64,000 bases of DNA from Lingula anatina (lineage: Eukaryota; Animalia; Brachiopoda): contig CM120640.1 of the NCBI GenBank assembly GCA_051362555.1, positions 54,662,788 to 54,726,787 of the forward strand, in the 5' to 3' direction. The position numbers and the translations under genes are program-made. Below the pieces are notes generated by a model that was given only the letters and a program-made list of their open reading frames with translations, made no database searches and was not told the DNA's origin. Positions 12,668 to 43,000 of this stretch are shown piece after piece (position 1 is the stretch's first letter; every line of letters starts with the position of its first letter).

Positions 12668-14410
12668 CTATGGCCAAGATATCGTAATTTTCTTAAATTT
12701 GGATTTAATAGTTTCTTCTTTTTGACCACTGCTTGCATTGTTGACAGTCACCTGAAATGAGAAATCAAATTGCAAGCGAACAAATGATATTTTGAGCAGA
12801 CATAAAATGTAACTTTAAAACAAGTGCCTTTGTAGTTGGCAAAAAGATTTGATCATTCCTTCATGTCTGTAGACATAGCAAAATCAGTTACTACCATGTA
12901 AATATTTGAAATGTTAAACAGATTGAAACCAAATTAACTATTAACACCCTACACGGCAGTAATTTTGTGGTTTAAAATAATTACAACACAAATCGAATAA
13001 AAACATGAGAGAGAAAAAGACTAGGAGAAAGGGTAAATATAAGATAAAGCTGGTGTCTTGGATACACTGAAATCTTTTAAGAATTAAATTTAAAGTATTA
13101 AAATGCAAGTACACACCTCTTCACTATCAAATGTTTTGTCTCTCTTGGATTGTTGACACTTATCATGTCTCACAGACTTTTCTTTATGAACCATGGGTGT
13201 ACAGTCCAGACTAGTACTCTTGAGTCTTTCTTTTTCCACAAGTTTTATACTGTTGTCATTGCTTTCACTGGTAGTCCTCCTAATTTTTACTTTTTTTACA
13301 GTGTGACCTCCATCTGAATCATTAACTTTCAATGTTTCTAGCACAGTACTTGTTTTGTGGACTTCTTTATTAACTTCATCTGTGTTCACTGTGGCTTTCT
13401 GTTCATGTTTCTTCCTATCAATAGTCTTGATATGAATATTGCTTAATTCACTTGATGTATGTTTATTCAATTTAATTGTTTTCTTGTCTGTGCTGATTAA
13501 TGATGGAGGCGGTTTGAGGCGTGTCTCTGTAGATTTTGTCAGTGTGGAAGCCATTGTAGTATGTGATGATTCTTCAGTTAATCTGCTACAAATAACAACA
13601 ACATATGATAACACATAGATATACTGATTACATATGCCTCTACACTGATAAGATAATTTACAAGTTACTAGATATTACAACCTGATATCTGATTTCATGC
13701 AGTGCAGGGGTTTAATATGAATAAATGCTCATCAATTGCATCAGGTAAATCAGTTCTCCAATATAATATATTAAGATAAGATTTGATTATTCTTTTATCA
13801 AAAATTTTGAAAAATTATCTCAGGTCCTGTGAAAATACTATATATTAGCTTTCCTTCAGACAATAACAATGATGTTATCATAATGATACCTCTTTTTGGC
13901 ATCTACTGCACCAACTGGGGTAGTTAACTTTCTCTTTAGCTGCTGCTTTTTAACCATCAACTTCCCCCTCCTGTTCGGTCTGTATCTTCTCTGTGGAAGG
14001 GGAATCACATGCTTATAATACATGTCGACAAGAGTAACTTTATCTTCAAACTGATTCAGCTGCAGCCCTCTCTGTAAATAATGAAAATGGGCATATATCC
14101 ACAATGTAAGGCATAACACGAAATGTATGCATTAGCACTCCTTTGTTTTCAGGTACCTGTTTTATTTGCTAACTCATGAGGATATAGCCATGCACAATGT
14201 ACATGTAAAATAGCAAGCGAAACGGTTGCGTGTAGACAGCAGGAGACAAACTCTGACCCACAAGTACATTCCAGGCATGTGTGCATCTATGAATATAAGA
14301 CATGCAAAGCAATAACTCACTTGTGTCAAAATGTGCATGAGCATCTCTCGAGAAAAGATTTCAGGATGTAAATAGTCCAGTTGTGGAGATTCTACATCGT
14401 CAGCTGCCAT
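12668..14410 (-). CDS. C2orf49: Ashwin (tRNA-ligase complex subunit), 4 exons
   Basis: Exons 14410-14321 (alternative ATG at 14428), 14071-13890, 13582 (or 13585, NAGNAG)-13117, 12751-12668. Motifs YLHPEIFS, YYKHVIPLPQR..NRRGK, RLKPPP and C-terminal KKITISWP* are characteristic of Ashwin. Confidence 0.88.
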
Positions 14411-14429
14411 GCTGTTGCTATTCCGCATT

Positions 14430-14785
14430 AAATTGTTTTCGTTCAAACTATTGGATGTAATTCTGCTTTTTTTTTATATTAGTATCTTCGCGGATATATT
14501 GGAATAATAGGAATGTATTTTAAAAAGTGCAATTAATTATCCTCTGCTTTTATAAAATTTGTGAAGATGAATTCATAGCACAAATAAACCAACGCCTGAT
14601 GTTACAACTATCGACTCCGAAGAATGAGATCATCAACTCAAAACAACACACATGAAACACATGACTAATCGAATGCTACGCCAGCTTGTCAGATGATCTT
14701 TGGCAGATTTAAAGTCAACTGAGCTTTGGTCAAACTTTCAAAGTAGCAGAGAAAAGTGAGCTAGACATCACAACATTAGGTAAGA
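14430..14785. promoter_or_regulatory. bidirectional promoter Ashwin/PARP4 with putative non-coding PARP4 exon 1
   Basis: Ashwin ATG at 14410 (-); strong plus-strand donor AG|GTAAGA at 14780 could splice to the acceptor at 15559 just before the PARP4 ATG. Confidence 0.55.
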
Positions 14786-15180
14786 AAACTAAGGTGATCT
14801 TTTATTTCATGTGACGTGAGCCACGAAGAAGTTCTGATCACTAGCTTCTGCATACTTAATCAACTTATCAAGGAAATACTGTAGTTAGTATCCCTTGCCT
14901 TGACTACCTTCGGTTTAGGCACACAGCAGGGTATCAGCAGTGCCAGGTCATGGTATTTGTGCTATGCAAGTACAACTGGTAATACATGCATGCATAATCG
15001 CTCATTTGTCATCGCAAAGTTTTTCATCGATTCACGGATAAGTACAGGTACTGTTAGGACCCATTCAAAATAGATGAACCGAGTACCAACTGATCTGCCA
15101 ACTAAGTATGTTAAACCACACTTCAAAAGAGATGCCGCTGATTCCTGATAGTCTCCCAGCCTGTACTATATATCTATTCT

Positions 15181-15228
15181 CCCTTTCGAAAAAGTCCTAT
15201 AGGATCCTATAAGACTTTTTCGTTAGGG
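15181..15228. repeat. 48-bp near-perfect palindrome
   Basis: CCCTTTCGAAAAAGTCCTATAGGATCCTATAAGACTTTTTCGTTAGGG, centred on GGATCC. Confidence 0.8.
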
Positions 15229-15378
15229 CTGAATGGGGTCATACATTAAAGTATTGAATGGGATTTTTCTGAACTTCGTGTGTGCAGCATTATCAGTCTG
15301 TTTCCTAGTTGCTTTGTGGTTTGCTTACATGGGAATCAAGGCATTAATCAAATGACCATGCACCATTAGTCTCATCTA

Positions 15379-15428
15379 GATATATGATATGATATGATAT
15401 GATATGATATGATATGATATGATATGAT
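15379..15428. repeat. (GATAT)n microsatellite
   Basis: About 9 GATAT units. Confidence 0.95.
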
Positions 15429-15572
15429 ACCAGTGGGCAGCTTAAATTTCATCAGAGCCATTCCTCAAGACTCACTACGACTTTTCTATATGTATTTAAA
15501 CCTTTTCAGAACAAACTGCATTTGTTAACCTGAACGTATCTTTTATCATGTTATTTTAGACTCAGGTGGACA

Positions 15573-34638
<19,066 letters not shown>

Positions 34639-36561
34639 CAGGCTTAACTAACACTAGAACTCTTGTGTCAGAAACATCATTTGTTTATACTAACTTTAAG
34701 TAGGTTAAGAAGCATTCATATATATCGAAAAAAAAAAGACTTAAGTTGAATAAAATCAGTGTTATGAAAAAAAAAAAATAAGGGATCCATACAGGTCACG
34801 CATGTGACGGTCAGGGGTGTACACACAGATTTTTAAAATTCCTAGCAAAATGTAGACTAACGCAAGAGATGAAGGACAGCGTAATTACAGCATATGTACC
34901 ACACATCGCAGCTTAATATCCATGAATAATAAATCATCATTTAGTCAGAAATATTCTCGCAATTAAAAAAGTTTCAATATTTTTATTACCCAGAACGGTA
35001 TATTTATTTAAAAGGAGGCTAGCTTCCCATATGTGGAACCCCCTTCGAATAATCCTGGATCCACCTCTGAGTTGAACTAACGTACGGTTTCATTCACCTT
35101 ACATGTGGATGCATGGCTCCCAAAAACAACCAATTGTACGACACAACAGAGCTCTGATACATTTAAGTTTAATCATTTGTTTGTAACAATTGCCCATGTC
35201 ACCCTGTTAGTTTGGAGGGGTAAGCTAGGTCAAGTCCGTGTCAAAATTCTTTGAAGCTTTGCAGGAAAAATTCTTCCTTTGTTTCTCTAGCTCCTTCTTA
35301 AACCTGGTGTCCAGATTTTGTCTAGTGCCCCCAGGGTTGAGGGAGCTGCTCTTTGAAAATAACACTCAGGCAGATTTTTACCTGAGATAAATATCGCCAG
35401 CGAGAATGCGTTCAATATTCTCAAGAAAGAGGGTACAGAAAAGTTGAGGGCCACCGAACCCTCCAATTAAGAGGTAAAGGAAGTTTCAGTTAGATGGATG
35501 ATTAAGATAGGACTTGTTAAGGTTACAGGCATTGTTTACCTCAGTTTGCAAGACGGAGGGGGGGGGGGGTCAGAACAATTGTGCCTATACAATTGATACA
35601 GAGGATTTGTACATACAGGTGACTTTAATAAGCAGAGGATTTTCTTTTATATTCCGTGAAAAATACACTAAATTTATATAAAATAATATCATGGTTGTCC
35701 AAAAAATTGTACGCACAGTGCATCAGTGCGTATGCCTAGTTACGCCCATGACGGTGTCGACCTTACATTAACCTTATAATTAATAACATGGTTGTGAGGG
35801 GTTGGAGAAATTGTATTATTAACATAGTCAGTGATCTTACATCTGGGAATATGAGGTCTGATTAAACTCAGTACTGACCTCTGACATAATCACTAAACTA
35901 TATGGACCTAATGATGCAAACCATGGTTTGTGACCAATCAGCGTAACAGAAACTTATCAGTCATGTGACAAACATTGCTGATATAGCAAGGACTTATAGG
36001 AGGACATTGACATTCAGTTTTCAAATGGTATAATAAAACAATTAGTGACTTTCACTTTTGGTTAAATGTAATTTTTGAAACTTCAGTTTACTATTTGAGT
36101 GGCAGTCTGTAGTGATTGGAAACAGAAATGTGCAACCCTACTTTCCTGTGGTGTTAAACAAGTTTCAAGCACTTGTCAATTAGCTTGCAATTGAGAAATA
36201 TCATATAATACATGTTATAGATATTCTTTTCTAGGGAAAATGGATAAATTTTCAAAAGCGAATTTCAGCTGAACAGATGCAATTAAATGTATCAAAGAGA
36301 TGCATATACAGATCTCTTTGAGTGCCTCTACAGTAAAGAAAGGAGGGTAAGAATGCTTTTGAGTCAATAAACAGCGCTTCACTTTATGAAATGTTTGTTT
36401 TCTGATGTCTTCCCCCTTTTAAATTTCTTACTACCACTGTGCTCACATATTTCGATAGCATCAGTTGGATTTCTTTCCCACCCTGACAAAATGTACAGGA
36501 GCCTCTAGAATCAGAGAAAAAAATTAGCCTGCTCTTAACAATGTAAAAATTAAGCCAAAAA

Positions 36562-39476
36562 AACTAGAGGATCAGAGAGGCGATACCGCCTCCGGATATT
36601 GTACCACCAGCTGGAGTAACCCCCCCTCCAAAAAGGGACACCATCACCAGTCTTGTGCTTGACAAGCTCTTTAAAATGCAATCAACAAGAGTTCTCAAAA
36701 TATGCAAAAAAATATAACTAAAAATGGTACAATCAAGCAGATTTTCTAATTGACTTGCATTTTCCTACCCTTGATCACTCCTGTATTCTCTAGACAAAAG
36801 TCTTGTTGGTTTTCCTTGAAATGTGTTGTCAGTGGTGCATATATGCTGACAAAAGAGAAAACCTAGGGACAACAATGGGCACATCTCTGCTAGTTTTAAA
36901 GATATGAGAGGCAAGAAAATATGCAAAGCTCAGTTCATGGTGAAAAAGTAGGTCAAAGGTCAATTTCAATATCAAAGTATATGAATTTCTATCCAAGTTC
37001 AATAGTAACTATGGACCTATCTCTGCCAGTTTTGGAGATAAAAGGGAACAAAAAAATTTGCAAAGTTCCGTTCATGGTGAAAAGTAGGTCAAAGGTCAAT
37101 TTAAAGGTCACAGTAAATTGCCTCTAATGACTTTCTATTCAAATTCAATAGAAACTATGGGCGCATCTTTGCCAGTTTTGGAGATAAAAGGGAATGAAAA
37201 TTTGCAAAGTTCAGTTCATGGTAAAAAGTAGGTCAAAGGTCAATTTTAAGGTCACAGTAAATTGCCAGTATATTACTTCCTATTCAAGTTCAATAGTAAC
37301 TATGGACCTATCTCTGCCAGTTTTGGAGATAAAAGGGAACAAAAACTTGCAAAGTTCAGTTCATGGTGAAAAGTAGGTCAAAGGTCAATTTCAAGGTCAC
37401 ATTTAGATCGCCAGTATATGACTTCCTACTCAAGTTCAGTAGTAACTATGGACCTATCTCTGCCAGTTTTGGAGATAAAAGGGAACAAAAACTTGCAAAG
37501 TTCAGTTCATGGTGAAAAGTAGATCAAAGGTCAATTTTAAGGTCACATTTAGATTGCCAGTATATGACTTCCTACTCAAGTTCAATAGTAACTATGGACC
37601 TATCTCTGCCAGTTTTGGAGATAAAAGGGAACCAAAATTTGCAAAGTTCAATTCATGGTGTAAAGTAGGTCAAAGGTCAATTTCAAGGTCACATTTAGAT
37701 TGCCAGTATATGACTTCCTATTCAAGTTCAGTAGTAACTATGGACCTATCTCTGCCAGATTTGGAGATAAAAGGGAACAAAAACTTGCAAAGTTCAATTC
37801 ATGATAAAAAGTAGGTCAAAGGTCAATTTCAATGTCACATTTAGATTGCCAGTATATGACTTCCTATTCAAGTTCAGTAGTAACTATGGACCTATCTCTG
37901 CCAGTTTTGGAGATAAAAGGGAACCAAAATTTGCAAAGTTCAATTCATGATAAAAAGTAGGTCAAAGGTCAATTTCAAGGTCACATTTAGATTGCCAGTA
38001 TATGACTTCCTATTCAAGTTCAATAGTAACTATGGACCTATCTCTGCCAGTTTTGGAGATAAAAGGGAACAAAAACTTGCAAAGTTCAGTTCATGGTGAA
38101 AAGTAGGTCGAAGGTCAATTTCAAGGTCACATTTAGATCGCCAGTATATGACTTCCTACTCAAGTTCAGTAGTAACTATGGACCTATCTCTGCCAGTTTT
38201 GGAGATAAAAGGGAACAAAAACTTGCAAAGTTCAGTTCATGGTGAAAAGTAGGTCAAAGGTCAATTTTAAGGTCACATTTAGATTGCCAGTATATGACTT
38301 CCTACTCAAGTTCAATAGTAACTATGGACCTATCTCTGCCAGTTTTGGAGATAAAAGGGAACCAAAATTTGCAAAGTTCAATTCATGGTGTAAAGTAGGT
38401 CAAAGGTCAATTTCAAGGTCACATTTAGATTGCCAGTATATGACTTCCTATTCAAGTTCAATAGTAACTATGGACCTATCTCTGCCAGTTTTGGAGATAT
38501 AAGGGACTAAATGTTATAATTTTGGAGTTACAATTATGTGCCATAAATTTCGTACAGAAAAAAATTAAAATAAAGAAAAGGTCATTTTGGTCAAAATTCT
38601 TGAAATGGGAGGTGCTCTGAAGTTCCAGATGTTCAAATTTGATGAAATAATGTCATTTTTGACCAGAAATTGTCTGCCTAGCCAAGCCTTATGTTTGATT
38701 TTCCCGGGGTTCAAAATTTATTATCCATTACCGTACTGCACATTTTGCTTTCACCACCAATATGTACTTTTTGATACAGCGTAACTCGAAAACCGTATGG
38801 AATACAAAAAAACAGAGACCACCTTCAGTGTTGGGCTTTACATGCTCTACAAAATGCAAAGAAGAATAGGTCTCTAGAATAAACGGTTCCCAAATTAGAG
38901 ACAGTTTTCAGTTTCGGTATCTTATGGCCGCTACTCCCGTGAAAATGCACCGATTGACCCCAAATTCACAGAGACGAAAGATGACCCGAAGGGTAACACT
39001 TTCCAATAATATTATTGGTTAAGTCTGTGTAGTGTCTGAATATCAGCGCAAATATTTTTTTTTTTCGTAAAAAAATTCATTTTTTTGAAAATTTTGGCCC
39101 GTTTGAATAAAGGTCAAAGGTCAAATCCAAGGGCATATTTGAAATCTACACGACTTTTGGAAAGCCGTCTGTAGAAAATTTTCCCATAATTCCTTCTGTA
39201 GGGTAGATAATTAGCATTTAATTTTGCCATTTTTAGACAAGGGTGCATTGCAATGAGCACCACACCTAGACCCCAATACCGACAAAGCCCAAATTTTGTT
39301 GAGTTTGAGTTGAGATTATAGGTGACCTAAATCCAAGAGATGGGTACGCAGGCCCTTGTAGTCTGGGAGGAGAAGGGGTTACGATGACATGGCGGCGGAG
39401 CCGCAGGAGCCAGCGGAACATATGGGTCGGGACTAAAACCATGTGTACCGCCAGTGCCTACGCTGGTGGTACAATT
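36562..39476 (-). mobile_element. non-autonomous Helentron (HINE) carrying a central satellite array
   Basis: 14-bp subTIRs ATTGTACCACCAGC (36598-36611) and GCTGGTGGTACAAT (39462-39475). The latter also forms a hairpin with 39445-39456. Stem-loop GAGGCG-ATAC-CGCCTC and CTAGT-TTT end at 36562-36592. Confidence 0.8.
36880..38505. repeat. 146-bp tandem satellite, ~11 units
   Basis: GCCAG anchor at 37025, 37171, 37316, 37462, 37608, 37754, 37900, 38046, 38192, 38338, 38484 (145-146 bp period). Confidence 0.97.
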
Positions 39477-40031
39477 ACCTGAAGACTTTTCATATTTAAA
39501 AATATGCCCAGTGTTGGAATAAAAAATAGAAACTATTTCCATGTCGTCCTTTCATTTGTTACGAGACATTATAAAACGATAAGTGGGAATTTCATTTTTT
39601 TTTTACTTTTTAATTTTTAAGTCATCTTTAATGCTAGGTAATGCAACCAAAATTTTTTTTCATCAAAACTGGCCGATGGCAGACGTGTTTTAATATGCAC
39701 CCAGTTGGCTGGTAGGTTAAGAAGGTTAACAAGATGCAGATCTGTTGGAAATATTTTCGGCAGTTTCCAATTTTCTAAATCTCGAGTCAGGAAGGCAGCT
39801 TGATCATCTTTCAACCAATCTTGAGCGAGACTGTTCAAAACACTGAGGATCTTTGCTGTTGTCCTCTGATATCTAGCATGAATCCAGGATCAAAAACATT
39901 TCTGGTCATATCACAGACCACAATCAACTCCCAAACTTCATTAACAACAGACAATTATGATTCCATACTTGAAAATTCTTTAATGTTCTTTTTTTCTGTT
40001 CTCTTTTTTACATTAATTTACACTTGAAAGT

Positions 40032-43000
40032 CTATGCATAGCCCATTGATTCCACAGTTTTCTGCAGATCTGCTCCCTTGTTTTCAATAACTGTTTTTGT
40101 GGCCTGGGCTTTCATTTTCTGAAAAAGAGCAAATAAATGTAAGACACAAGACCTGGTGGTCGCTTATATTACTTTTGTAAGATACTTTACATTAGAGCAA
40201 AGAAAATCTACAATATTAACTAAGTCAATTATTTAGGAATAAATTAACCCTTCCTCTTGATCATAGCAAAGCTATATCACCTTGGATATTAAAAATCAAA
40301 CTACATTTTAGTCTTGTTGACAGCCACACACAGACAAAGATCATGGCACACTTACTCCTTCAGCCTTCTTCTTGTCATAGTAACTTCTGGCCTTGACTTT
40401 ACGTTTGGACTCCAGTGTGGCCACAACACCTTGATATTTCCAGCCAACCTCATGGGACAGGCGGTTTAGGTTGCAAAACTGGAGGTAATCAAAATAAAAG
40501 ATGTTCATATGTTATCAATCAATCGTCTTGTGTCCAAAAGAAAGTTGCTATTGAAATTAATTGCAAGGAGAAAAAGGGTATAGCATTATACTGTGGCTCA
40601 GTTGGGAGTGCATAATTTATTTTCATTACTTTCAAACGAAAGATGGTGTGAGTTTGATCATCACTGTCACAGTATAGCATCACTCTTTTACTTGGTAGTT
40701 TTTTTTTTTTTTTCAATTTTCTTAAATATTTAACAGCTTATCTTGCTACACATCCGTTTAAAATAAGCAAGCATGTGAACTGAAATTTCTTCACAAGCAA
40801 AAAATCCCTATTCCTCCATTAACTCACCTTCCGTCTAGGGTTCATGCGCAGCACTTTGAGGGCAGCAGGCACCACCATTCTCTTCTGCTTGTCATATGGG
40901 GGTGGAATACCCTCGAACACCTTCATTCTGTCCATAGCATCTTTACCACGAGTCAACTTGTGGGGGATCATACCTGATAACATCACATTTGTCTTTTAAA
41001 TTATATTTAAACAATGTTCAGTTCTTGGTGATCTGCCTCTTTCAAATCCAACAGATCTATCTCATTTGACACTAAAGGTACGGTCCACCAGGCAATCTGT
41101 TATTTGTAAATTGAACATTCTTACCCGTGCAAAATTCTGTCATAATATAAAATGCAATATTCCATTCTTACAAATTCTGAACTTAAACATAGTTGATCTC
41201 AGTCATTTTTGTAGTATCACTGCATACTGCTCAAACAATGTAGGTAAGAAACTGATCATCACAGACCAACTTGCACTATCTTCAATAATTCTCAACATTA
41301 TAAACTCTTTTAAATACCAGACTTTTCAGAAATATTCCTTTATCTTTACCTCTCACTGTTCTCCAGAAGATTTTTGATGGAGATCTAAAATGGTATGGTC
41401 CTTTAGATGGGTTCGAGTTGGTGCGCTTCCTCAGGAATTCTAGGTATTTCACTGTTAAAATGGAATTAAGATATCCATACCACGAAAGCATTATAAAATT
41501 ACAAGACGTGTATGTTTACTATGTTCTCTTTTGTATCTATTTTATAAATTTTTGGTCACGTTAGCCATGCCACTGTACCTAGTACGTCATGTTGTAAAAT
41601 GTTTCTGAATATCATCTAACTTGCATGGTCTCAGTTTTAAGTTCTATCACAACTGGTGTTCAATGTAGGTAAGAAATACATCATCACAGACCAAATGTTT
41701 TTTTTTTTTTTTAATATTTGAAATTCTCAGTTTTTCATCAATAACACTTACATTTGTTTCTGTAAAAGTTTCCAGAGATGTTGATTCCTTCACATCTTAG
41801 GACTACCACCCTTTGACCTAAACAAAGGTAACTTGTTAGTTAAATTGGACATTATTTTGTCAAATTGTGACATTTAGATAAACAATTGTTTTCTTTAAAA
41901 AATTAAGTACTGCAACACCCAGATGTATTTTGAAGACAAACACAATTTTTATACTTTCAACACATTCAAATTCAAATTTCAACACATTCATATTTCTTTG
42001 CCTGTTCATAGTTCAATGCTGCTAGACTTAGTTAAATGAGAATGATCATTACTAAGCAAACTGAATCAAGCCACTTTTAGTATCCATCCAAAACTGTAGA
42101 ATCTTTCCAAATAGTTGCAATTTGTTTTAAAAATGAGAGAGTTGATCTCAGTAATCCTTTCACATCACTGAATACTGCTCATACAATGTAGGTAATACAT
42201 ACATCACAGACCAACATGATGTATTCATTTACATAAACATAAATTTCAGAAATCATAAGTTTCACTGGGACTTCATTCATGTTGCTTTAAAGGGATAACC
42301 TGTCTGCATTAAAAACAGTTATTTCAAGATTTTTGTGCAACATGCAGAAATCAACCATTCTGAGATCGTTTAAAGAGTGCATTCCCACACTCAAAGTTAC
42401 AATTTGATGAGGATCCCCCTGAGTGACATCTCTTTGGAGACCTCATATTATGAACTCTGCCTCTGGTAAGAACCTGAGAGGACACATTTCTGAATATCAT
42501 GTCGAGTCCCATGCCATTTTCTTGCATTAAAGCCCAAACCCCACCCCCTTCACAGCCTTACAATTGGCTTCAGTCATTGGAAACAACCAAACTTCACTTG
42601 GTTTTAAATGCTCACCTTGCAACAAGGTTTTGGCAACGATGGAAGCCAGGCGCCCCAACAGGTGCCCCCTGGCATCTATCAGCAGAGGCTAAAAGAGAAA
42701 AGAATGGCATAAATCATATGACCATTTAATAAGTACAACCAATCTGGAAATAACAAAGTTTTTATATTTATCTCTTTTTAAAACTGTCAACTTCATGATC
42801 ACAAAACTCAGTGTCTCAGTTGGTAGTGCATGTTTTTGGTTTCATGATTTTCAAACGAAAGATGGTGAGAGTCTAATCATCATAGACACTGATAAAATAA
42901 AGACCTGAATAGCTGTTATGAGAGGTTTACCACAGACCTACTATACTCAATTCATGTGCTAGCGCTATAATATTTTAATCGTATAAGATCGCATTCACAA

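Noticed and set aside
34780-35750. Fragments resembling MITE ends (TCCTGGATCCACCTCTG, TAGTTACGCCCATG)
   Set aside because: No matching partner termini or TSD could be identified.
37509-38502. Repeated ORFs MVKSRSKVNFKV..., or a CRISPR-like array
   Set aside because: These are translations of a 146-bp satellite. Units are near-identical along their whole length, with no unique spacers and no cas genes.
41010-41120. Hairpin ending in CTGA/ACA in RPL13A intron 4
   Set aside because: No C box, no H box and no recognisable rRNA guide.
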